51,532 nucleotides of DNA from Parcubacteria group bacterium GW2011_GWD2_38_11 (GTDB taxonomy: Bacteria; Patescibacteriota; Minisyncoccia; Moranbacterales; GWC2-37-73). A program made the position numbers and the translations under genes. Numbering within the stretch: position 1 is the first letter of the stretch; every line of letters starts with the position of its first letter. The stretch lies in assembly GCA_000992325.1 (NCBI GenBank), contig LBTZ01000002.1, positions 1-51,532 of the forward strand, in the 5' to 3' direction. The notes under the pieces are model-generated. The model was given only the letters and a program-made list of their open reading frames with translations. It made no database searches and was not told where the DNA came from. Positions 1 to 8,761 of this stretch are shown in pieces.

Positions 1-273
1 CGCGTCTTTTTCTTTTTTCAGCGCTTCTTTTTCAATTTCCAGATAAAGTTGCAGTGCTTTAGGGACCCTTCGATAAGGCAGATTAGGTCTTTTGTCAAAC
101 ATTACGTAATCAGTAAAGTCGTCGTTATTAAAATTCAAAATAACGGAGAGCCGATCTATGATATTTGTTAACTTTTTACCCTTATATTTATGTTTAAGAC
201 TAAAGACAATTTTCTCTCCGGAATAGGAGTGGGTGAATAAATATAATCTGATCTGCTTGCGATTTTTTGACAC
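1..273 (-). CDS. hypothetical protein, partial (runs off the left edge)
   Basis: Not in the supplied track. Hand translation of the minus strand from a GTG at 273 (just after an in-frame TAG) stays open to position 1: VSKNRKQIRLYLFTHSYSGEKIVFSLKHKYKGKKLTNIIDRLSVILNFNNDDFTDYVMFDKRPNLPYRRVPKALQLYLEIEKEALKKEKDA. The opposite strand reads like antisense junk. No family recognised. Confidence 0.3.
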   Translation of the reverse strand, partial: MSKNRKQIRLYLFTHSYSGEKIVFSLKHKYKGKKLTNIIDRLSVILNFNNDDFTDYVMFDKRPNLPYRRVPKALQLYLEIEKEALKKEKDA

Positions 274-396
274 TAACTAATTTTAGTTTGTCAGCGCCTT
301 TAAAATCTTCTCCTCGAAGTTATACCTGGCAAGATGACCTCCGTCTTTGTCGATGAACAACTTACTATTTTGGATTTGAGATTTATGTGATATTTG

Positions 397-2190
397 TTAT
401 ATCACACTTTCATCCTCCGCCTCCGTTCCGTCACTGTTGCATTGGGAAAAAATTTCATTCCAACGACAACGCACTGGCACACCAAAAGCGCTGACCGGTT
501 TTCTTTCGGGAGCAAATTCCTGACGCACTGCCGAAACAGCCTCTGATTTTGGAATCAAGTGAATAGCTCTCAGTGTTCCGAATTCTCTTATTTCATTAAT
601 GGAATATTTTTCAGAATAATTCTCGAAAACTTTTTCCACTTTCGATGAAGTTGGATAGATCAAGAAATAATTGCCTTCGGCATATACACTTTTGGTGTTG
701 CGAAAATCATCGCGAACTATTAAACGTTGTTCCAAATGATACAAAAATGCCCTGCGATAAAATGCTTCACTGTTAACATAGACTGGGAAATTGTTTCGCT
801 TGTAGACAGATTCAATATAATCAGTGATGAGAAGTTGCTGCTCAAGCGTCACGCGTTCATTTTCTTTGAGAATTTTATCAGATTCTATTTCAAACGCCGC
901 CACTGGGGCATTGCCAAGTTCTTGAAATCTATTTTTTATAAGCCATCCATTTGAAGCAATGAGAATGATGAAAAAAATCCAAGAGAGATATTCGATTTTC
1001 TTTTTTTCAAAAAAATCAAACATAAAACCTAACAATACAAATGGAACTGGAGCAATAAGCAAAAGAAATCTCGGCGCCAAATCATATGCAATCGGAGTAA
1101 AGAGACCCATTGAAACGACCAGCCAGATCGCCATCAAAGTCAAGAAATCTTTCCTTTTCACATCCTTCACAGAAAAGATATTCCAGCCCAAGGCCGCAAC
1201 ACCCAACAAGAAAAAAATCAAAGAAACTATACCCATAGGCAGTCCGGTCACACACTTTTCGTCGCAGATATAAGAAGGTCTCATACCCACCACTTTAATT
1301 CTTGGAAGATCAGCTTGTGAATCACCACTCAAAAGCAAGACATATCCAGCCGAAATCTCATCCACTCCCCTTATCGCTTTTTCAATTAATGTGTGGTCAT
1401 CTTTGGTGGATTTTTTGATGAACACTTTTTCAAATTCAGCCACATTCTCACCACCAGTTTTGAAATCATTAATAATGACAGGCGTATATAAAAAGACGAA
1501 GCAAATTGCTGCCGCCAACCAATATTTCCAATTAATGGAGGGCCTTTTCAAAAAAAGATATGCTCCGACAATCACAGGAAAGCCCAAAAAGGCCACAAAA
1601 TGAAGTTGCATTGCCACCGCGAGCGCAACAAACGATCCGACAAGCCACCAGCCTTTTCTTTTTTCATCTAGATCTGTTGCGCGCAAAAGACCATATAGGG
1701 TCGCCAAAGTGAAAAAAGGAAGATTATTAGGATTCCATGAAAAACGCGAATACAAAACAAGAAATATTGAAACAGCAAAAACGCCCAAGAGCATAAGCCC
1801 AATTTTTTTTGAAAAAAATCTTCTGACAAACAGATAAAACAGTGGCAACGTTAAACAGGAAAAAATAAGTGAGATGACAGCAATTCCAGAAGGAGTGTTG
1901 CCAAATACTTTTGCACTCACATAACCGAAATAATAAAATATTGGTCCAAGTCGCAAGAAAGAACCGGCAGCTTTTGGTCCAAGCAGCGGCAAGTCGCCTG
2001 CTCCGTTTTCCACCGCCAAATCAATGACTTTCGCATCCCTTGATTGATCAAGTTCGAAATGTTGCCAGTCGGAAAAGTTGTATGCGCGCAAAAAAATACC
2101 GACTGCCAAAATCGCAATCAGAATTGCTCCGACAAAAAATTTGCTCCCGGCCAAAGACTTCAAAGACTCTTTATCTATTGGATTATTCAT
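397..2190 (-). CDS. GT-C fold membrane glycosyltransferase (ArnT/PMT, GT39/GT83-like)
   Basis: 597-aa ORF with about 10 N-terminal TM helices and a soluble C-terminal domain. The N-terminal 170 aa are clearly paralogous to 4592..7306 (FLRAYNFSDWQHFELDQ...GPIFYYFGY...FGNTP...SRFSWNPNNLPFF versus FLRIYHFNDWIHFETDQ...GPAYYYIEY...FGNTP...ARFSWNPNVLPFF). Confidence 0.75.
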   Translation of the reverse strand: MNNPIDKESLKSLAGSKFFVGAILIAILAVGIFLRAYNFSDWQHFELDQSRDAKVIDLAVENGAGDLPLLGPKAAGSFLRLGPIFYYFGYVSAKVFGNTPSGIAVISLIFSCLTLPLFYLFVRRFFSKKIGLMLLGVFAVSIFLVLYSRFSWNPNNLPFFTLATLYGLLRATDLDEKRKGWWLVGSFVALAVAMQLHFVAFLGFPVIVGAYLFLKRPSINWKYWLAAAICFVFLYTPVIINDFKTGGENVAEFEKVFIKKSTKDDHTLIEKAIRGVDEISAGYVLLLSGDSQADLPRIKVVGMRPSYICDEKCVTGLPMGIVSLIFFLLGVAALGWNIFSVKDVKRKDFLTLMAIWLVVSMGLFTPIAYDLAPRFLLLIAPVPFVLLGFMFDFFEKKKIEYLSWIFFIILIASNGWLIKNRFQELGNAPVAAFEIESDKILKENERVTLEQQLLITDYIESVYKRNNFPVYVNSEAFYRRAFLYHLEQRLIVRDDFRNTKSVYAEGNYFLIYPTSSKVEKVFENYSEKYSINEIREFGTLRAIHLIPKSEAVSAVRQEFAPERKPVSAFGVPVRCRWNEIFSQCNSDGTEAEDESVI

Positions 2191-2269
2191 GTATAATGAT
2201 AAGTATAAACATTAAATTGATCACACCGGTATTATATTACAATTTCACCGTGAAATCAACCGTTTTTAT

Positions 2270-4576
2270 ATGAAAAATTTGTTAAATTATATCACAAAAA
2301 ATACGCCCGATGCGCTGCTGACATTTCTGTCTTTTGCATTTGCAATGAACACACTGCTTTTCATTTCGCGCGAGGTAAAAAACCTTTCAATGTTCAATAT
2401 TTCCAGCGACACGACAATTCACTATTTGGCATATTTCATACTCATTGTTTTGACATTCGGAGTCATCGCTTTTTTTTATACCAAAGAAACAAGCTTGAAA
2501 CTGACCATTGAAAAGTTGCTGCTGACTTTTCTGCCAGCAGAACTCTTGATGCTTTATGGTCTCAGCCAATCAACTGATTTTCATTATCTTTTCTATATCG
2601 CATCAGGACTATATGTAATCCTAGCGGGATTCTTTCTGATCAGCAGAAGGAATTTCATATGGAAGGAGAACGAGGTCAAAAACACATTCTCATCTTTCAA
2701 GATATGGGCAAAATTGCAAGGAAAAGTTGCTTGGTTTGTTATTTTTGCCGTGATGCTGACAAATTTGGGACTTGGGACATATAATCTGGCAAAATTTGGA
2801 GCAGTCGATGAGCCTCTTTGGACATTTGATCGGATTCCAAGTTATTGGAAAAATCTCAAGGAAAGAGATTGGAGAAATACCAAAATCAGCGACAAGCCAG
2901 GCATCACAGTGGCAATAATCTCAGGAGCAGGACTCCTATTTGAAAGTCCAAAGACATACAAATCAGCTTATGGCAGAGGATCAGTAGGAACCGAGCTCAA
3001 TCGTTTTGATTTTGAAAAACTGAATTTTGCTTTCAGATTTCCAATCCTACTGTTCACCATCTTAATGCTTCCTTTTTTCTATTTTCTTATGGAAAGACTT
3101 TTAGGAAAGAAAACAGCGCTTTTTTCCTACATTTCCATCGGTCTTTCTCCACTTTTGATTGGGATGGCTAGCATCATAAATCCTGATGCCATCCTTTGGG
3201 TTTTTGCGCCACTTTCACTTCTCTCCTTTTTGGTGTATCAAAAAAGAAGAAATCCTCTCTATCTTTATTTGTCAGGAATATTGCTCGGGTTGGCACTTTT
3301 GACAAAATATGTCGCCAACATTCTTTCCGTTTTCCTTTTGGGTCTTATTTTTGTTGAATATGTTTTCCACAAGGCAAACTATGCAAAAATGACATTGAAA
3401 AGATATCTCAAGGAATCCCTCACGGACTATCTCATTCTCTTTTTTGTTTCGCTGGTGGTTTTTTATATCTTGTTTCCTGCAGTTTGGATAAAACCATCGA
3501 GACTTTTGGAAGGAACACTGCTCAGTCAGGCCTTTGAGAGCACTTGGCCTATTTTTGCTGGTTTTTTTGCGCTCCTGCTAGTTGACATCGCAACAATAGG
3601 CGGAAAAATATCTTCATATGTTTTGGATCTGCTTTCCAAATACAGCAAAATTTTTCTCATTTCAATTTCAGCGCTTTTTCTTTTTTTCATCGCGTTTACT
3701 TTTGCCAACACTTACACAGGAATGTCTTGGTATGATTTTGAAGCGATCATATCTTCGCCGAAATCAGCCTACACTACAGGAGGCTATGATGGACTTTTCT
3801 TTGCAAACTTTTTTCCATTAGTTTTCAGCATAGCTCCACTCTCCCTGATCTTTCTGGTTTTCGCCGCCATTATCAGTATATTTGGAAAAAATATCCCCGC
3901 CAGAACAAGCTCAACCATCTTCTCCCTGACGCTTTTCATCTTCCTATATTATTTGGCAACCACTGTAAACAAGGTTGCAGCAATGAATCGCTATCAAATT
4001 ATGGTCTTTCCATTGGCTATGATATTAGGAGGCATAGGTATGGCCATTTTTTATGAAAAATTCATCAAAAACGAATTCGACAAGAAAAACATCGTTGTGT
4101 TGTTGTTCCTGATTTTCAGTATTGGCACCCTTTATTTCGCCAGACCATTTTTCATAAGCTATGATTCCCCTCTTCTGCCCAACAAATATTATACCGACCT
4201 CAAAGATATGGGCACCGGAAGTTATGAAGCCGCACAATTCATCAACTCTCTGCCAAATCCTGAAGAGTTGCAAGTATGGACCGATAAAAAAGGTGTCTGC
4301 CCATTTCTCAAAGCGAAATGCTATTCTGGCTTTACCTATCCAAGACTGCGCGCTGCAAATCTTGACTACGCCATTGTTTCTGCTGGAAGATCTGCCAGAA
4401 CAAAAAAAATGGTCACTCCTTTGACCATCAAAAAGGATTTGATACGCTTTGACACTCTATACGACAGGGATGACGAGAAAGTTGTCTACAAACTTGAAAT
4501 AAACGGGCGTCCAAGAAATTTCGTAAAAGTAATCGAACTTGATCAGGAATTTTTCGATTTATACAAAAATAACTGA
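2270..4576 (+). CDS. GT-C fold membrane glycosyltransferase (PMT_2/ArnT-like, lipid-carrier dependent)
   Basis: 768-aa polytopic ORF. It has an acidic first-loop motif (AVDEPLW) typical of GT39/GT83 enzymes, many TM helices, and a soluble C-terminal ~130 aa. Confidence 0.72.
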   Translation: MKNLLNYITKNTPDALLTFLSFAFAMNTLLFISREVKNLSMFNISSDTTIHYLAYFILIVLTFGVIAFFYTKETSLKLTIEKLLLTFLPAELLMLYGLSQSTDFHYLFYIASGLYVILAGFFLISRRNFIWKENEVKNTFSSFKIWAKLQGKVAWFVIFAVMLTNLGLGTYNLAKFGAVDEPLWTFDRIPSYWKNLKERDWRNTKISDKPGITVAIISGAGLLFESPKTYKSAYGRGSVGTELNRFDFEKLNFAFRFPILLFTILMLPFFYFLMERLLGKKTALFSYISIGLSPLLIGMASIINPDAILWVFAPLSLLSFLVYQKRRNPLYLYLSGILLGLALLTKYVANILSVFLLGLIFVEYVFHKANYAKMTLKRYLKESLTDYLILFFVSLVVFYILFPAVWIKPSRLLEGTLLSQAFESTWPIFAGFFALLLVDIATIGGKISSYVLDLLSKYSKIFLISISALFLFFIAFTFANTYTGMSWYDFEAIISSPKSAYTTGGYDGLFFANFFPLVFSIAPLSLIFLVFAAIISIFGKNIPARTSSTIFSLTLFIFLYYLATTVNKVAAMNRYQIMVFPLAMILGGIGMAIFYEKFIKNEFDKKNIVVLLFLIFSIGTLYFARPFFISYDSPLLPNKYYTDLKDMGTGSYEAAQFINSLPNPEELQVWTDKKGVCPFLKAKCYSGFTYPRLRAANLDYAIVSAGRSARTKKMVTPLTIKKDLIRFDTLYDRDDEKVVYKLEINGRPRNFVKVIELDQEFFDLYKNN

Positions 4577-4591
4577 TGAATTAAATTATCT

Positions 4592-7306
4592 ATGACCCTA
4601 AAAAAAATATCGGACTTAATAAAGAAAAAAAGTTTTCTTATTGCCATAGTTTTTATCATTCTTGCTGGTTCATTTCTGCGAATTTATCATTTCAACGATT
4701 GGATTCACTTTGAAACCGATCAGACAGATGATTATCTTATAACATCTCCCGCGATCCAGAATGGAATAGAAAATCTCAAGCTGCTTGGACCAAGAGCTGG
4801 AGCAGAAGAATTACGCATAGGACCGGCATATTATTATATTGAATATCTGGGTGGAAAAATTTTTGGAAACACCCCACAGGGTCATGCCGCACCAAATTTG
4901 ATTCTTGCTATTGCCGCTATGCCATTGTTCTTTGTTTTTGCGCGTCTTTATTTTTCCCGAATAATTTCCGCCTCACTGCTAGTTTTATATGCCACCTCAT
5001 TTTATCTGATTCAATATGCTCGCTTTTCCTGGAATCCAAACGTTCTGCCTTTTTTTGTTCTAGCAACCTTCTATTTGCTTTTGCGAAGCGTTTCTCCCGA
5101 AGAAAAAAGACGAGATGTTTTTTTCATATTCTCATTGACGATTCTTTCAATAATAAGCCAACTGCATTTCAACGGCCTTTTTATTATTGTCCCGGCATAT
5201 GTAATTTTTCTTCTGATAAAAAGACCGCACTTCCCTATCAAAACTTGGGTTTATGCGATCTTGTTTTCAATTCTCATTTATTCTCCAATTATATTGCATG
5301 AATTAAAATACGATTTTTCAAATTCAAAATTATTAATTGAAAAAATTTCAGGCAATTCGAAAGAAAAAGAAAAATCAGAAGAAAAGAATGTTTCAGAAAA
5401 AATAGTACAGAATTTACGTTATAATTCCGGGGAATTTTTTCTCATACTTACGGGAGAAGACAGAATAAACACAAGTCGTCCAAACGGATATTCACTGGGG
5501 ATATTATGCAACGCGTGCAAAGAAGATCGCATCTGGAGATTATCAGCACTATTTTTATACATTGCATCAGTTTTACTTCTGGGATGGAATATCAAAAAGG
5601 AAAAAAACAAAACGAGAAAGGATTTTTTGATACTTTCAGCGCTATGGTTGTCCATTGGCAGCGCTTATTTCATATCATTAACACTGAATAAATTATACAT
5701 ATATCCGAGGTTCTATCTTGTGCTTGCACCTCTTGCATTCATACTTTTGGGTCTGATATTTGAAAAAATAATCTTTAGAAAAAAACTCATCAATACCATT
5801 CTTATTGTTGCGATTACATTATTGATTGCAATAATAAATTCAACAAAAATATCAGACAGTTTTTGGCAGCTGAAAAATTCGCAGCAAATTGCGGTTAAGA
5901 TTGAAACTGAAGATGTCTTCCCCAACTATTACAGAGCTCCACTGTTCATACATCAAAAAATTTCAGATTACATAGAACAACAAGTTCCAAACAAAAATAC
6001 AAAAATTTTCATTTCATCCGAATCGGAATATGAACCGATCTATTGGATTATTCTTCAAAATAAGGGCTACAATTATTTCAATGAATTTGATGATGAAAAA
6101 CCGAGCGAGGTCGGAGAATATTTTTCAATACAATTAAGTGCTAACAAGAAAAAGAACGATTCCGAGAATTTTTCTGATTTTTTCGATATTATTGAAGTTA
6201 AGGATTTTGGAATTATGAAGGTTACGCGTCTAAAACCAAAAGTTGATGTTGCATATGACACCAATATTAATACAGTAACGCAAAAAAGAAGCCAGGTTTC
6301 AGCAATCGAAAAAATGCATTCCTGGAAAGATTTATTCCAAGACTCAACACTCTTAAACAAAGTGCCCGGCATAAAAAATATTTACGACAATGAACTGCGC
6401 ACTGCAATCATAACAGACATTGATCACTGCCCCTCAAGAGAAGCTGCTTCGACTGAAAAACTTGACGCTTTTATTGATTTTGGCGGAGAAAAAAAAGCTG
6501 ATTTTATGATCAGTCTTGGAGATAATGCGAGTCATCGTCTCAGAAGCTGCTCGACAACTGCAGATATGGATGCGCGCTTCATTGCTGATTATCTCAGAAC
6601 TTCAACCTTGCCGACACATTTCGTTCTTGGCGATCATGACATAGAAAGCGACATAAAATCATATCAAAACTGGCTGGAAACAGTCAAGAAAAATGAAACA
6701 TTCTATTCTTTTGATTTGAAAAATTTCCATATCATTGTTCTGGATACGGTTCTTGGAGGAGAACCGATGAGTCTTTCCTGCCAGGAAGATGCTTACTGCA
6801 CATTGATCGAAAATCGTCTTTCGGAATTAAACAAAATCGCATTTAAAGCATATGCTCAGAAATATGCTGATGCAAAAAAATCCATCAAAGAAGAAAAAGA
6901 TGCTCTCAATTCTATTCTTCAGGAAGTATACGATTCAAAAAAAATTACGCGATCTTGGGGTGTTCGTGATCGCGGACAAATATTAGAAAAAGAATTGGCT
7001 TGGCTTGCTGCAGATATAAATGCAACGCAACATTCCCGCGTGCTTGTTTTCAGTGATCATCCATTGTTCAAATTTGCCTCACAAAAAAAAGTTTATGATA
7101 TCGCCAATGGAGACAAGGCAAGGGAGATATTAGAAAAAAGTGGAAAAGAAATCGTGGCTATTTCCGGAGAAGCTCATCTTTGGCACGAAGAAAAGCAAGG
7201 AAATATTCAATACTACATTATCGATGAATTTCGCAAATCAAATGGCTCTTGGGCATATTTCACTTGGAATAAAGACGGATTCCGTCTGGAAAAAGAAACT
7301 CACTAA
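4592..7306 (+). CDS. GT-C membrane glycosyltransferase fused to a C-terminal calcineurin-like metallophosphoesterase domain
   Basis: 904-aa ORF. The N-terminal ~420 aa are paralogous to 397..2190. The C-terminal ~300 aa carry ordered metallophosphoesterase-like motifs: ITDIDH, LGDNASH, VLGDHDIE, VFSDHPLF, ISGEAHLW. Confidence 0.75.
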   Translation: MTLKKISDLIKKKSFLIAIVFIILAGSFLRIYHFNDWIHFETDQTDDYLITSPAIQNGIENLKLLGPRAGAEELRIGPAYYYIEYLGGKIFGNTPQGHAAPNLILAIAAMPLFFVFARLYFSRIISASLLVLYATSFYLIQYARFSWNPNVLPFFVLATFYLLLRSVSPEEKRRDVFFIFSLTILSIISQLHFNGLFIIVPAYVIFLLIKRPHFPIKTWVYAILFSILIYSPIILHELKYDFSNSKLLIEKISGNSKEKEKSEEKNVSEKIVQNLRYNSGEFFLILTGEDRINTSRPNGYSLGILCNACKEDRIWRLSALFLYIASVLLLGWNIKKEKNKTRKDFLILSALWLSIGSAYFISLTLNKLYIYPRFYLVLAPLAFILLGLIFEKIIFRKKLINTILIVAITLLIAIINSTKISDSFWQLKNSQQIAVKIETEDVFPNYYRAPLFIHQKISDYIEQQVPNKNTKIFISSESEYEPIYWIILQNKGYNYFNEFDDEKPSEVGEYFSIQLSANKKKNDSENFSDFFDIIEVKDFGIMKVTRLKPKVDVAYDTNINTVTQKRSQVSAIEKMHSWKDLFQDSTLLNKVPGIKNIYDNELRTAIITDIDHCPSREAASTEKLDAFIDFGGEKKADFMISLGDNASHRLRSCSTTADMDARFIADYLRTSTLPTHFVLGDHDIESDIKSYQNWLETVKKNETFYSFDLKNFHIIVLDTVLGGEPMSLSCQEDAYCTLIENRLSELNKIAFKAYAQKYADAKKSIKEEKDALNSILQEVYDSKKITRSWGVRDRGQILEKELAWLAADINATQHSRVLVFSDHPLFKFASQKKVYDIANGDKAREILEKSGKEIVAISGEAHLWHEEKQGNIQYYIIDEFRKSNGSWAYFTWNKDGFRLEKETH

Positions 7307-7352
7307 CATAGAAAAAGAATCATAAGCTTTGCAATTTTTGTTTGCCTGTTTT

Positions 7353-8288
7353 TTATTTTCTGCTTCTCAAATATGCTGGCAGCGCCGTGAAACTCACGAT
7401 CATTTGCAGTGCGCGACTCACCAACGCCACAGCAACCACAGCACTTGCTGGAACCCCAAAGAAACCGAAAAATGTAACATAGGCCCATTCCTTGAGTCCT
7501 ATGTTATTGATGCTGATCGGCAAAGCTGAAATTATGCTTATAAGAAAAATCACTGAAAGATATTGCCAAACTCCCACTGCAATTCCAAGTCCAGCAAAAA
7601 GTACCCAGTTGACCAAGGCTAGTCCCACCACGCCAAATAACATAGAGATTCCGATCGCTTTGAGATAAGTCCCATCTTGACGATAATGTGTGAGTTCCGA
7701 ACCGAAGTCTTGCACGGCTTTCGGCAACTTGCCGGCGATTTTTTTCCAAAAAGAAAATTTCGTCAGAATACCAAAAAAAATCAAAATATGCATCGCAATG
7801 AGCGTGCCAACAATCGCCACCCTCAATTGTCCGTGCTGGGCAATTTCATTGCGCTGAAAAATTGCAACCAGACCAGTCAAAAGCATTAGCGCAAAAAGTC
7901 CCGTCACGCGATCAAAAACCACGCTAGAACCCACAGCAGCAAAGCGCTTATTATTTTCCTTTGCAATTTGATACGTACGATAGGTGTCTCCTCCAATAGT
8001 GGAGGGCATAAAATTATTAATGAAAGCTCCTGTCAGATACAGCTGAAAACTTCTTTTCAGACTAATAGAAATATCCTTATGCGCCAAAAGCATTTTCCAT
8101 TTCCAAGCTGAAATCATCATCCCCAAGAGAAGCACTACTACATACAAAATAACATACCCCAAAGAAATTTTTTGCGTATAAAAAAGAACTTCCTTCCAAT
8201 TAATCTCAAAAACCAGCCATGCCACGAACAACAAGCTTACTGCTAGTTTCAAAATAAATTTTAGTATTTTATTATTCAATAAATGCAT
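7353..8288 (-). CDS. UPF0104 / lysylphosphatidylglycerol-synthase-TM-like flippase-like membrane protein
   Basis: 311 aa with about 8 TM helices. Contains the family-typical motif NNFMPSTIGGDTYRTYQ. Confidence 0.7.
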   Translation of the reverse strand: MHLLNNKILKFILKLAVSLLFVAWLVFEINWKEVLFYTQKISLGYVILYVVVLLLGMMISAWKWKMLLAHKDISISLKRSFQLYLTGAFINNFMPSTIGGDTYRTYQIAKENNKRFAAVGSSVVFDRVTGLFALMLLTGLVAIFQRNEIAQHGQLRVAIVGTLIAMHILIFFGILTKFSFWKKIAGKLPKAVQDFGSELTHYRQDGTYLKAIGISMLFGVVGLALVNWVLFAGLGIAVGVWQYLSVIFLISIISALPISINNIGLKEWAYVTFFGFFGVPASAVVAVALVSRALQMIVSFTALPAYLRSRK

Positions 8289-8303
8289 TATTTTTTTGTT
8301 TAT

Positions 8304-8359
8304 TAATTTTCAATTTTCAATTCACAATTTACATTGAATTTTCAAATTCAAATTTTCAA
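8304..8359. repeat. left inverted-repeat arm flanking the four-helix-bundle gene
   Basis: Reads aattttcaattttcaattcacaatttacattgaattttcaaattcaaattttcaatt. The reverse complement of 8717-8757 (aattttcaattcacagttttcaattttcaatgaattt) aligns to it imperfectly. Confidence 0.65.
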
Positions 8360-8716
8360 TTATTTACATGAACTGATTATTTTTTGAAATATCATTGTAA
8401 GTTCATGATTTTCTTGCCAATACTTCCTTATCTCATCTTTTCTCTCCAATAAGCATCCAGCAATCATCCTCAGCCAATATTTTGTCTCTTGAGCTTCTTT
8501 TTTGCAGATAAATATTTTATTTCGAAAATCCTTCTTTGAACTTGCATTGTTTGCTTCACAATAGTTTGCTCCAATGCTAGTCCCACTTCTTATTAGCTGG
8601 CTAATCAGAGGCCTTGTTATAGTATCTTGTTTTATACTTTTACAAAATTCTATAATATTTTCTCCGAATATAGCTGTTCTTTCTTCTAGATTGTATTTAT
8701 TTGAAAATTGTTCCAT
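8360..8716 (-). CDS. four-helix-bundle protein (23S rRNA intervening-sequence protein family, TIGR02436-like)
   Basis: 118 aa with the hallmark SGTSIGANYCEA...DF..K..IC.KEA.ET.YWL. Paralogue of 17234..17599. Confidence 0.88.
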   Translation of the reverse strand: MEQFSNKYNLEERTAIFGENIIEFCKSIKQDTITRPLISQLIRSGTSIGANYCEANNASSKKDFRNKIFICKKEAQETKYWLRMIAGCLLERKDEIRKYWQENHELTMIFQKIISSCK

Positions 8717-8757
8717 TGTAAATTCATTGAAAATTGAAAACTGTGAATTGAAAATTA
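8717..8757. repeat. right inverted-repeat arm flanking the four-helix-bundle gene
   Basis: See 8304-8359. Confidence 0.65.
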
Positions 8758-8761
8758 TTCG

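Noticed and set aside
283-390. A short minus-strand frame ending ...KLFIDKDGGHLARYNFEEKILKALTN* that resembles the C-terminus of a thioredoxin-fold (redoxin/glutathione-peroxidase-like) protein
   Set aside because: Only about 37 codons are open, with a stop immediately upstream and no start codon. It is too short to distinguish a gene relic from chance.
8360-8716. Diversity-generating retroelement, because four-helix-bundle proteins are homologous to DGR Avd accessory proteins
   Set aside because: There is no reverse transcriptase ORF and no template/variable repeat pair with adenine-specific differences near either four-helix-bundle gene.
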